From assembly GCA_963781885.1 (NCBI GenBank), contig CAWAHW010000002.1, positions 544,001-608,000 on the forward strand: 64,000 nucleotides of DNA, read 5' to 3'. Below, piece after piece: positions 20,296 through 31,338 of this stretch (its first letter is position 1; each line of letters starts with the position of its first letter). The translations under genes were made by a program, and so were the position numbers. The DNA is from an uncultured Spirochaetota bacterium (GTDB lineage Bacteria > Spirochaetota > Spirochaetia > SZUA-6 > Fen-1364). The notes under the pieces were generated by a model that was given only the letters and a program-made list of their open reading frames with translations, was not told the DNA's origin and made no database searches.

Positions 20296-23200
20296 TCAAA
20301 AGAGGGGGAGCTGTCGGCTTTTGCGTCGCCGATTCGGCAGCGTGCTGCGGAGAGAGAGGGGGATGTCGCCGATGAAACGCGACGGAAGGCATTCACGGAG
20401 CTGGCCGTACACGCGGCGCCTCGCGCAATGGCTGATGAAGAGCCGGTCGCCCGCGCGCGTCATGGCCACGTAGAAGAGCCGCCGTTCCTCTGCCAGGTCG
20501 TCCGGCAGAGGGGTGATGCCTTCCTCGGCTCCCGCGATGAAAACGACCGGGAACTCCAGGCCTTTCGCCGCGTGGAACGTGAGGAGCGTCACCTTCTGCG
20601 CGGGGCGCGGCCCCTCGCTCTCCCGTGCGCACAGAGACACGTGTGAGAGAAAACCGGGCAGGTCGGTCCCGAAGCGCGCGGCGCTGGACCTGATGGTCTC
20701 TTCGCCGAGGGTGATATCCGGCACCGTCCGATCCAGCGGTATGGCCGTCTGCATCACCAGGTCCAGCGCCGCGCAGATTCCGGCGTCCGCCGCGGTGCGG
20801 GCCATCAGCGCGCCATTCGCCAGGATCGCGTCCAGGGCTCCCGTCGTGCCGGTGCGCTTCTCGTGCCGGCGGAGGATGTGGAGCGCCACCGCGTCCGCCG
20901 GGTCGGCGGCGAGATTGAGCGCGGCGATCAGGGCATCGAAGGGTTCATCGTCGGCGAGCGGCGCATTGGAGGCGACTGCAAGAGGAAGCCCGGCCTCCTG
21001 CAGGGACGGCAGCAAGGCATCCCGGACGGCGCGGGTGCGAAAAAGCACGGCGATGTCGGAAAAGGCATACCCGGTCGCTTCCCGCCCGCGTGCGGCGTCG
21101 ACGGAGACGGAGTCCACTCCTCCGACGAGGCCCCGAATTTCACCCGCGATGAAGCGTCCTTCCTCTTCCGGGTCGCTCACCGCGGCGACGCGTATCGCCT
21201 GCCCCGGGCCACGGACCGCCGACAGCAAAGGGCCGTCCTGCCCGCGATCCCTCGCGATGACGGCCGCGGATGCCTCCACGATGCAAGCGCTCGACCGGTA
21301 ATTGCGTCCAAGGGAATAAGACTCCGACCGTGAGAGAAGGGCAAAACGCTGGAAGAGCTCCCGGTCCGATCCGCGGAATCCGTAGATGGCCTGGTCGGGA
21401 TCGCCGATGCAGAACACGGCCCCCACGTGCGCCGCGAGAAGCTCCAGCAGCGCGAACTGCGGCGTATTGATGTCCTGCAGCTCGTCCACGGCAACGGCGC
21501 AGAAGCGCCGGCCGATCGATGCACAGAGGGACGAATCTGCCCGGAGAATACCGACGAGCTTTCCCACGAGGCCCGCGATGTCGACGCAGCCTGCCCCGGC
21601 GATTTCCGTCTCGTAGGCGGCAATCGCCGCCGCCAGGTCGGGGTCCGGCAGGGCTTTACCCTCCCACGCGCTTTCCATGGCGGTGGAAAGCCCGCGGATG
21701 CGGGTGGCTGGCTCGGCCGGAAAAAGCATTTCCAGATGCGCACGCCGCCGCGCGGGCGTGACCACGCTGGGTGAGGAGAGGATCGAGCTCGCGGAGGAGC
21801 GACCAGCTGAATGAATGGAACGTTGCCACGGTCGCGTCGGCCGCACGGGCCGGCGCCAGCCGGGCGAGTCTTTCGGAAAGCTCTCCGGCCGCTCGGGTCG
21901 TGAAGGTGAGGGCAAGGCCCCTGCCGCTGCCGCCATCGCCGCGCCCGCTCGCCTGCGCGAGCCAGTGGGTGAGGAGCCGGGTCTTTCCCGACCCGGGCCC
22001 CGCGCTCACGACGATGCGCGGCGCCGCACTTTCCACGATGGCGCGCTGCGCCGCGTCGAGTGCATCGACAGGCACCGAAGTTGCAGGTCCGCGTCCCGCG
22101 GCGCGGTCTGCGTCGCCGCGCGGCGACACGGCAGCCTGCACCCGGCGCGCGGACCGCCGGACTGCGGGGAAAAGCTCGTCCTGGCCGCGCAGCCGTTCCC
22201 GCTCATCGTCGCCGAACACCCGTATGACGCCGAACTCGCCGTCGTAGCCGGGCCGCGCATCGATCCTGCCTTCCCGCATGCGGGTCACCGCTTCTGCCAG
22301 CAGGGCGCCGTGTCGGCGTCGGATGTCCTCGACCGGTGCGTCCAGCAGGAGGCCGTACTCGCTGCCGAACGCGCCCACGATGCGCGCGTAGGCGGAGACG
22401 ACCGCGCGCGAGCCGACCCCCGCGCCGGCAAGCTCCGCGAGAAGCTCGGCAAGCGGGATGAGGGAATGAAAACCTTCGCCGGGTCGCGGCGGCGCGGGTG
22501 CCGCACGGTCGGCAAGGGCCATCACGCGGCTCAGCACGCCGATCGTGAGGGGCGTGCCGCACACCGGGCACATCCCCCCCGCCTCCCGCGAGCGCGCGGG
22601 CTCCCAGCAGATGCCGCACGTGCGGTGGCCGTCGAGGTGGTACTTGCCTTCCTCGGGATAGAACTCGCAGGTGCCCAGGAATCCGTGCCCGGTGCGAAGC
22701 GCATCCGTTACCCCGCGCCAGCTGGGCTCGGTGTCCAGGAGATTGGCCTCCCGGCCGAGATTCGGCGGCGAGTGCGCGTCGGAGTTGGAGACCAGCCGGT
22801 AACGGTCCAGCGCGCTCCATCTCCAGTTCATGGCGGGGTCGGAGGAGAGGCCTGTCTCCAGCGCGAAGATGTACGGCGTGAGCTCCTCGAAACAGTCCTC
22901 GATGCGGTCGAAGCCGGACTTCGACCCGAAGAGGGAGAACCAGGGCGTCCAGATGTGCGCCGGTATCAGGAAGGAGTCCGGGTTTGTTTCCAGGAGCAGC
23001 GACAGCAGGTCTTTTGGATCGAGCCCGAGTATCGGCCTGCCGTCGGAGGCGATGTTGCCAATGCGCGCGAGCTTCGCGGCAAGATGCCGTGCATCCTCCA
23101 GCGTCGGCACGCCGATGAGGCTGTGCACCTTGTGCACGACGCCGTGCTTCCTGTAGATGGAGCTGATCTCGGTCGTGGGGAGAAAGCGCACGTCCCGGTC

Positions 23201-23440
23201 CGCCGGTGCGGCGCCTTCCAGCGGTGAATCCCGCGGGGGATCCTTCAGGACGTAGAGACCGTCACGCTCCACGAGGGATTCGCTGAGCTCCGCGAACCAC
23301 TGGGGATGCGTGAAGTCCCCCGTGCCGACGATGTCGATTCCCTTGACCCGGGCCCAACGATGGAACCCATTCAGGTCCGCCTCCCTGCTCGTGGCCCGGG
23401 AATACCGGGAATGCACGTGCAGGTCGGCGACGAGCCTCAT
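20296..23440 (-). CDS. Endonuclease Q-like PHP domain fused to UvrD/REP helicase, frameshift near 21770
   Basis: DLHVHSRYS, GTGDFTHP, PAHIWTPW, SNSDAHS, GKYHLDGHRTC..C/CPVC; then AGPGSGKT, VDELQD, GDPDQAIYGFRG, NYRS, HAAKGLEF, EERRLFYVAMTRA. Confidence 0.88.
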
Positions 23441-24030
23441 ACGCTCTTTGCGAAGATCGTCCTGATTTCTTCCTTTGCGCCGTCCAGCACCTCGCCGTAT
23501 TTCACGTCGAGCTGGGACAGGTATTGGCGCACCATGCTCTGGAACTCGGGGTCCTGGGCGGGGTTGATCTTCACCTGTCTTCCCATCTGCCGGGAAAGAT
23601 CCTCTTCCTTCTTGCGGAGCTTCGGCCCGTATTGCTTCTCAATGGCTTCCACCAGCCGCTTGCGCTCGCCGAGGTATTCCTTGAAGAAGCCGTCGAGCTG
23701 GCTGAAGATCATGCCCACCTTCTTCGCGTCGGTCACGGCGGAGGCAATGGCATCGCCCAGGCGCTTCGTGTCCTTTGCGCCGAAGTCGTCCACCGGGAGC
23801 ACGAGGTTGGCGAGGAGTGACTGCATGAGGCCCTCGCGGACGAGCTTGCCCGTGGCCGGCTCATATGCCTTCAGCGCCGGCTTCAGGTCGAAGGCCGGGT
23901 CGTCGAGCACCTTGAAGGCGAGCTTCTTGCCCTCGTCGCGGAGACGATTCGCCTCCAGGAGCTCCTTGTTGGCTTCGATATCCTTCGAGTTTTCCATGGC
24001 GATTTCAAGCGCCGATTTTATCGTTCCCAT
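23437..24030 (-). CDS. Conserved helical hypothetical protein (DUF6657-like)
   Basis: MGTIKSALEIAME N-terminus and PAQDPEF C-terminal motif, recalled from spirochaete/deltaproteobacterial proteins; stop overlaps the next start. Confidence 0.65.
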   Translation of the reverse strand: MGTIKSALEIAMENSKDIEANKELLEANRLRDEGKKLAFKVLDDPAFDLKPALKAYEPATGKLVREGLMQSLLANLVLPVDDFGAKDTKRLGDAIASAVTDAKKVGMIFSQLDGFFKEYLGERKRLVEAIEKQYGPKLRKKEEDLSRQMGRQVKINPAQDPEFQSMVRQYLSQLDVKYGEVLDGAKEEIRTIFAKSV

Positions 24031-24079
24031 GTTTTCACTCCCTGTCAGGAAAGAAATGTACCCGGGGCATCGCAAGGAA

Positions 24080-24677
24080 TCAAGCCCGGCCCCGCGCGCG
24101 TGGTGTCATGATCGTCTCAGTGTCGGTGACGATGCCGTCCACGCGCTGATCGCTCGGCCCATGCGGCACCGCCTCCACGAGCTGAAAGGAGAAACAGACG
24201 GCAATGACGGCAATCGCAGGGGAAACCCGGCGCGCATCGAGCAGGAATCGGTCGTAGTAGCCCTTGCCGCGCCCCAGCCTGTTGCCGTCGCGGTCGAAGG
24301 CGAGCCCCGGGGCTGCCACCAGCGGACGCGCCGCGCGCGATGGATCCATCGCCGGCCACGACGGGTCGGGCACGGGGATGCCCCAACGGTCGCGGGGAAG
24401 CTCGACGGCGCGAGGCGGGAGTATCAGGAACACGGATATCGTCACCGACGATGCGCGGCACGGCCACAGCCTTGCCCTGGCCGCGCGCGGCGGCAATGAG
24501 GGGCGCCGTGTCCAGCTCGCGCGGCATGGACAGGAAGGCGAGAACGAGGTCTGCCGCCGCCCATTCGCCAGTCGCCGCAAGGCGCGCGGCGACGCGGGCG
24601 CTCCGTTCGGCACGCGCGGCGGGAGAAAGCGCGGCGAGCGCCGCCGTCATGGCGGTGCGCATTTCGGGCTTGTTCAT
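24080..24677 (-). CDS. 5-formyltetrahydrofolate cyclo-ligase, frameshifted near 24440
   Basis: MNKPEMR..., AFLSMPRELDT, VAVPR in one frame; PGLAFDRDGNRLGRGKGYYDRFL, PHGPSDQRVDGIVT in another. Confidence 0.85.
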
Positions 24678-24707
24678 GCTACAGTCATACGGGTGAGGAG
24701 GCAGGCG

Positions 24708-26461
24708 ATGCAAGAGCGCACGCAACGGACCGCGGCACGCGCGGCGGCAGCAATTCGCCAAGCCCGGATCTCTGGGACAGGGTCCGTGAAAGCGTCATCG
24801 GCCGCAACGCATCGCTTCTGACACCGTTCGGAAGAAGACGCCTCACGTATGCCGACCACACGGCGTCGGGACGCGCGGTCACGTTCATCGAGGACTACAT
24901 ACGGGACGTCCTGGCCGAGTACGGAAACACGCACACGGAGGACGACGCCACCGGGACCATCACCTCCGAGAGGCTGCGCGAGGCGGAGGCGTCTATCAAG
25001 CGTCTCGTGCACGCGGGGCCCGCGCACAAGATCATCTGCGTGGGCGCGGGGACGACTGCCGCCGTCCATCAGCTCCAGCAGATACTGGGAATCTACCTGC
25101 CGCCGGCGGGCAGGGACATGTTCGACAAGCTCCTGAAGGCGGGCCTTCCCGCCGCGGACGGCGCGCTGCTGCGCGAGCGTCTGGAGGCGGCCCGGCCCGT
25201 GGTCTTCGTGGGCCCGTACGAGCACCATTCGAACGAGGTCTCCTGGCGGGAGTGCTTCGCTGAGGTGGTCGAGATCGAGCTCACGGCTGGCGGGCTCGTG
25301 GACCTCGACGATCTGCGCGCCAAGGTGGCGCGGCCGGTCTACGCGCAGCGGCGGAAGATCGGCGCGTTTTCCGCGGCATCGAACGTCTCAGGGGTGAGGA
25401 CGCCGGTCCGCGAGGTCGCGCGCATCCTGCACGAAGCAGGAGCGCTTGCATTCTTCGATTTCGCCGCCAGCGCGCCGTATGACGTGGTCGATATGAGCGA
25501 TGCGAGCGGCCCTTTGGACGCCGTCTATTTCTCGCCGCACAAGTTTCTCGGGGGGCCGGGGAGCTGCGGGGTGCTGATCATCCACGAAAGCATCTACCGC
25601 GCCGACCTTCCGCCCACCGTCGGGGCCGGCGGCACGGTGGACTTCGTGAACTTTGACGGCCAGGCCTACAGCCCCGACATCGAGGTCCGGGAAAAACCCG
25701 GCACGCCGGGCATCCTCCAGACGCTCCGAGCCGCGCTCGCCATGGAGCTGAAGGAAGCGCTCGACCCCGCGCGGATCGCCCGGCGGGAGGAGGAGTTGTG
25801 CCGGCGCGCCCACGCGCGGCTTTCGGCGCATCCGGCCATCGACCTGATCGGCAATGTGGCACCCGAGCATCGGCTGCCCATATTCTCCTTCAATATCCGG
25901 GTGGGCACCTCGTGGCTGCACCCGCGTTTCGTGGCGACGCTCCTGAACGACCTCTTCGGCATCCAGAGCAGGGCAGGATGCTCCTGCGCCGCCCCGTACG
26001 GGCATCGCATCCTCCACATCGACACGCGCACCTCCCAGGAGCTTCGCCGCTCCATCATGCGCGGCAATGTCGGCCTGAAGCCGGGCTGGGCGCGCGTCAA
26101 TTTCCATTTCCTCCACGACGACGCGGAGGTGGACTTCATCTGCGATGCGATACTTTTCATCGCCGACCACGGGAAGCGCTTCCTGCCCTTCTACAAGTTC
26201 GATGTCCACACCGGCACCTGGCGGCATGTGGGCAGTGTGCCGGCCCCCAGGGCCTTCGGTATCCAGGCTGCCCTTGACGGCGCGCGGGCCGAAGATGCGC
26301 ATGACGCGCCGGAGCCCGACCTCGTCCGGCTGTTCGAAGGCTATCTCGAAGAAGCTGCCGCGCTCGTCGAAGCGGGTAGCACCTCCTGGCGGGACGATGA
26401 GCTGAAAAAGACCGAAGAAGACCTGATACCATTCGTCTACATGGGAGACGATGCACGGTGA
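24708..26461 (+). CDS. Aminotransferase class V / cysteine desulfurase-like PLP enzyme, frameshifts in the 5' part
   Basis: GPYEHHSN, AASNVSG, DFAASAPY, SPHKFLGGPG (PLP Lys), RAGCSCA; GAGGAGG SD before ATG 24708. Confidence 0.85.
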
Positions 26462-26530
26462 GCCCGCTTCCAACACCCTCCACAGGCTCGGAGCAACAGC
26501 TCCCAATGGATCGATTGACGAAAGGAGAAC

Positions 26531-27870
26531 GTGATCATGGCAGGATCGATGCTTTCATTCCCCCCTGGCTTTCTCTGGGGCACGGCCTCCGCCGGCTATC
26601 AGGTCGAGGGCGGCAACACCACGTCGGACTGGACGGACTGGGAGAATGAGCCGGGGAGGATCGCTGCGGGCCAGAAGTCGGGGCGCGCCTGCGATTGGTG
26701 GTCGGGCGAGCGCTGGAAAGAGGACTTTGACAGAGCCGCTGCCGACGGGCAGCGCACGCACCGGCTGTCGGTGGAATGGAGCCGCATCGAGCCCGAACCG
26801 GGCAAATGGGACATGGACGCCCTGGATCGCTACCGGCGCATGATCGTCGGGCTGCGCGACCGGGGCATGGAGCCCATGGTGACGCTCCATCACTTCGTGA
26901 ACCCGCGCTGGGTCATGGAGCGTCAGGCGTGGGAGTCTCCCGCGATCGTGCCGCTCTTCGAGGCCTACACGCGCAAGGTCGTCGCGGCGCTGAAAGACGT
27001 TGTGAAGCTCTGGTGTACGATCAATGAGCCGAACGTGCTGATGCTCTCTGGTTGGGTGGAGGGAAGCCACCCTCCCGGCAAGAAGAAGCTCGGGCTTGCG
27101 ATGGAGGTCGCGCGCAACATCCTGCGCGCCCACGCCGCCTGCTACCGGGCCATCCATGAGCTGCAGCCGGATGCGCAGGTCGGGCTTCCCATCCATTTCC
27201 GTCCCCTCACGGCCGCGCGATCTTTCTTCCTGGACCGATGGGTGGCACGCAAGCAATTTGACCTTTTCAGCTCGGTTTTTCCCGATGCCATCCGCACGGG
27301 ACGCGTCCGCGGCATCCTCGGCTCAACGGCGGTGCCCGAAGCGAAAGGGACGATGGATTGGTTCGGTCTCAACTATTACACGGCGGATGTCATCACCTTC
27401 GACCTGCGCAAGCCGGGCCAGCTTTTCGGAAGCCGCGCATTTCCCCCGGGAGCAGAGTTGGACGAGGCAGGAGAGTTCGCGTACTACCCTGCCGGGCTTG
27501 CGTGGTCGCTGGATTGGGTGCGGCGAACGCTGGGCCTTCCGATCTACATTACGGAGAATGGCTTTGGCGACAGACAGGATACGATGAGGCCGCGCTACAT
27601 CCTCGGCCATTTGCGGGAGGTCTGGCGTCATATCCAGGCGGGGGGAGACGTGCGGGGCTACTATCATTGGTCGCTCATCGACAACTTCGAATGGGAACGG
27701 GCCTGGACGCACAGGTTCGGGCTGTACGCGATGGACCCGGAAACCCTCGTGCGGACCCCGAGAAAATCCGCCCGCCTCTATGCCGAGAATCTGCAAGGCG
27801 GACGGCATCTCCCCTGAGATGGTGTCACGCTATGCCCCCGAGCTGGCGGAGGGCTTTTTCGAAGACGTGA
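26531..27870 (+). CDS. Glycoside hydrolase family 1 (beta-glucosidase-like); C-terminal frameshift near 27790
   Basis: FPPGFLWGTASAGYQVEG, TINEP acid/base, ITENG nucleophile, WSLIDNFEW. Confidence 0.92.
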
Positions 27871-27871
27871 A

Positions 27872-28684
27872 ATGAAAAGCAGGGCCACGTCGAGGGATTG
27901 GCTCCCTCTTGCACGGGGACGCAGGGGCGCGCAGGAGGTCCCGACGGGCGAGGCATTCCGCCCGGAGTGGATCGATTTCGAGCGGGGCATCCGCGTGGGC
28001 AATCTCCAGCCGCATGAGCGCATCACGCAGATCCTCAAGCACCGGTTGGAGGACGACCATGGCACGGGCTTCGTGACGGACCGGTGGGGCCGCGGGGTTT
28101 ACTGGCAGTGGATCTGCTGGCTGCCGCGCGCTGACCGCGAGGCAAAGCCTGTATCGAATACGATCAACTTCGGCTGCGCGAAGCTCTACATTTCGGTCGA
28201 TCGTTCGCTGCGCATCTTCCAATGCGGTCTTGCCGTCGAACGGGGATTCGCCGGCGGCACACCCTCGTTCCCGGGCATCCTCCTGCAGCCGGACTGGGAC
28301 TGGCACCGGCTCATGAAGCAATGCGCTGACGGCACGGCCGTGGACGTCGAGCTGCGCCGTCTGGTCAACCGCGAAGGATTCACGGCGGCCATTGTCGGCG
28401 CCGGCGGCAGGACCTGGACGGGCAAAGAGCTCACCTCGGCGCGCCAGATCCGGGAGGCGGCGCGCAAGGCTCCCCGCGACGCCTGGAGCGGCTTCGACGT
28501 GTACTATCCGATGCCGGAATCCGAGGTGCGCGCCGCCAGCGGCTTCGATCTCGTGCAGGGCATCCTCGGCGCGTTCGCCGAGGTGGTGCCGGTCATGAAC
28601 GCCTGCATGCAGGTGACCCTCGCGTCCCGGGCTATTTCTTCTGGGCCCGGATCGGCGACTCCTTCAGGAAAGACGCGAGGATAA
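27872..28684 (+). CDS. Conserved-looking Trp-rich hypothetical protein
   Basis: Protein-like composition, starts right after the GH1 stop; no family recognised. Confidence 0.65.
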   Translation: MKSRATSRDWLPLARGRRGAQEVPTGEAFRPEWIDFERGIRVGNLQPHERITQILKHRLEDDHGTGFVTDRWGRGVYWQWICWLPRADREAKPVSNTINFGCAKLYISVDRSLRIFQCGLAVERGFAGGTPSFPGILLQPDWDWHRLMKQCADGTAVDVELRRLVNREGFTAAIVGAGGRTWTGKELTSARQIREAARKAPRDAWSGFDVYYPMPESEVRAASGFDLVQGILGAFAEVVPVMNACMQVTLASRAISSGPGSATPSGKTRG

Positions 28685-29852
28685 CGGCAACAACGGTCAG
28701 GCCCGCCAGTGTCAGGAGCGATCCGCTCATCGAGCCCGACGGCGCCTTGAAGGCGTCCATGCCGAAGATGAACACGATGCCCGAGATCTGGCCCATGACG
28801 ACCATGAGGGTGTTCGACGTTCCCTCGGGGGCCGGCAGCGTCATCTCCGCGCCGTACTGGAAACCGATGGGTCCCGCGCTCAGGAGGAACAGCCCGAAGA
28901 CGAACGCCGAGGCGAGCAGCAGCCACCACGTCGTGGCGAATGTGAGGCCGATGAGCCCCGGCAACAGCCCCGCGAGTGCAAGGATGATGAATGGCTTGCG
29001 GCGGCGGATCGAATCGGAGACCAGGGGAATGACAATGGCCCCGATGATGCCGCCGATCAGCATGATGCCGCCGGCAAGACCCGCCTGCGCCGTGGTGAAA
29101 CCCCGGGGACCGACGATCTCTTCGATCCAGGTCGTCACGCCGTTGAACATGCCCAGCCCGATGAAGAAGATCACGAGCAGGAGGATGAAGTCCCTCTGCT
29201 TCATCATGTGCCGCAGCCCGTCGAAGACGAGCGCGCGCGCTTCCTCTTCCTTGGGGCCGGGAGGGGTCGGCGGGTGCTCGCGCGCGACGATGATGAAGAA
29301 CACGGCGGCTGCCACCGCGACGAAACCGTTGATCAGGAGCATCTCCTGCATGCCATAGGCGTTCATGAGCATGGGCGTCACGATGAGCGCGGCCAGTATC
29401 CCCAGGTAGATCGACAGCGTGCCCAGCCCGACGGCGGTGCCCCGTTCGCCCGCGGCGAACCATCGACCGCAGAGCTTCGTGATCGCCCCGACGATCAGCG
29501 GCTGTCCCACCGCGATGCCGATCTGCGAAATGAAGACAAGCGTGAAGTTGTTCGCGAACACGCCGCGGGTGACGGCGAAGATCGCCGTGAGCGCCGCGCC
29601 GAGGGAAACCGAGCGGCGAAATCCCCACGAATCGATGAGGAGCGCGCTGGGCAGGAATATGAGGATGTAGACGGCCATGAAGATCAGGGAGAGAAGGCCG
29701 ATGGCGATGTCGGAGGTCCCATAGAACTTCATCGCGTCGCTCGTGATGGGAGCGAACGTGATCCAGAGGCCTTGGTTCATGGCCATGACGAACATGAAAG
29801 CAACCAGGATCAGCCACCGATAACCGTACGTCCGAACGGCCCCGACTTCCAT
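28632..29852 (-). CDS. MFS transporter
   Basis: About 12 hydrophobic segments, YRWLIL N-terminus, WF..GERGTAVG, SDSIRRRKP loop. Confidence 0.9.
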   Translation of the reverse strand: MEVGAVRTYGYRWLILVAFMFVMAMNQGLWITFAPITSDAMKFYGTSDIAIGLLSLIFMAVYILIFLPSALLIDSWGFRRSVSLGAALTAIFAVTRGVFANNFTLVFISQIGIAVGQPLIVGAITKLCGRWFAAGERGTAVGLGTLSIYLGILAALIVTPMLMNAYGMQEMLLINGFVAVAAAVFFIIVAREHPPTPPGPKEEEARALVFDGLRHMMKQRDFILLLVIFFIGLGMFNGVTTWIEEIVGPRGFTTAQAGLAGGIMLIGGIIGAIVIPLVSDSIRRRKPFIILALAGLLPGLIGLTFATTWWLLLASAFVFGLFLLSAGPIGFQYGAEMTLPAPEGTSNTLMVVMGQISGIVFIFGMDAFKAPSGSMSGSLLTLAGLTVVAVILASFLKESPIRAQKK

Positions 29853-29985
29853 GACACCCCGCTTTCTCCGGCTCAGATGCCGGCTATTTATTGCCCCCGC
29901 CCGCGGGCGAAGACGCCCAAGTATGAGCTTTTCGGTCAGATTTGTCCAGATTTTCGATCCTTGAGGGACAAAAGGGCGGCGCGGA

Positions 29986-31172
29986 TCAGCTTCCTGCGTC
30001 GCCCGCAGGCCTCCGGTTGCGGACGAGGCGGACGGTGACGACCGTCAGGACAACAAGGAAGCAGTTGAGGCCGAGGTAGAACCAGAAGCCGCCGTGAATG
30101 CCGACAGTCTGCGCAAGGAGCGACATCAGGAAGGGGAAGACAATGGATCCTGCCGCGCCACCGGTTGCGACGGAGCCGACGGCGACGCCGGTCTTGTAGT
30201 AGCGCCCCACGACCGTCATCAACAGGGGATAGAAACCCGAGAAGCCCAGGCCCGTGAAGAAAAACGCGATGATGACCGCCACCGCGGAATGGACCAGCAG
30301 GACGATGAGGAGCATGGCCGCGGAGAACGAAGTCAGGCCGAGCATCAGCATTTCCTGCCGCCTGCCCTTGTACCAGAAAGAGACCGCGAGCCTGCCGACG
30401 AGCAGGCCCACCCAGACCACGGCGACGGCGTATGCCCCCTGCGAGGCGGCGGATCCCAGCACCTGCACGAAGAACACGGAAGACCAGGAAAAGACGCCGA
30501 TCTCCGTGCCGACGTACACGAAGAGCGCGAGGATGAGGATGATGAGGAGGGGCTCACGCACGAGACGCAGTCCCGGCTCCTTTCGCTTTCCGCTCACCGG
30601 CCGGGGTGCGGGAAATGCGCGATCCCGAAAAGGACCGCGATGATGATGAGGAGGATGCCCGCGGCGAGAAAAACGGCGAGCATCGATACACCCGCGCCCG
30701 AGACGTAGCCGACGGCCGCGGGCCCGATGATCGCCCCGACGCAGAACGCCGCGTGGAGCAGGTTCATGAGCCTGCTTTGGCCGTTTCGCTCGATATGGAT
30801 GATCTCCAGATTCGCCGTCACCTCCATGGAGCCCTGGCAGAGACCGATCGCGAATGCGAAGGCGAGGTTGGGCCAGGGGGAGGGGACGCGGCCGAACAGC
30901 GAGACACCGATGGCCCCGGCGACAAGGCCGACCACGATCACGACCTTCGCCGGGACGCGCTGGATGATGACGCCGCTCAGGAATGCCGAAAGCAGGTACC
31001 CCACGGCGCTTCCCGCCAGCACGATGCCGGTGACCGTGTATGACCAGTGATAGTCGCGGATGAGCTGGGGGAGTGAGGCGCCGGCGATGGTGAAGATCAT
31101 GCCGAAGCCCATGAAGCCCGCGAGGAAGAGGACGTAGAGGCGGCGGCTTGCCGCATCGAGTTTTCCGATCAT
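29986..31172 (-). CDS. MFS transporter (FucP/TsgA-like), frameshift near 30600
   Basis: N-half in ORF 30594-31214 (MNLLHAAFCVGAIIGP), C-half in ORF 29986-31743 (YVGTEIGVFSW). Confidence 0.8.
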
Positions 31173-31282
31173 GTGTGTTTCTTCCTTCATAAGCGAACGG
31201 AGCGGCAAGGTCAAGCGCCATGGGTCGCCGATGAAAGACCACGGTCGTGACCGAATGAGCCGCGGTTGAGTTATGTCCGGAT

Positions 31283-31298
31283 TTGTGATATATCAGAA
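31283..31298. promoter_or_regulatory. Putative operator palindrome upstream of the cytochrome-MetVF operon
   Basis: TTGTGATATATCAGAA near-perfect palindrome in an AT-rich patch. Confidence 0.4.
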
Positions 31299-31338
31299 CT
31301 TGACCTTCCGAAATCCTCGAGGAGTCAGGATCCACCAG

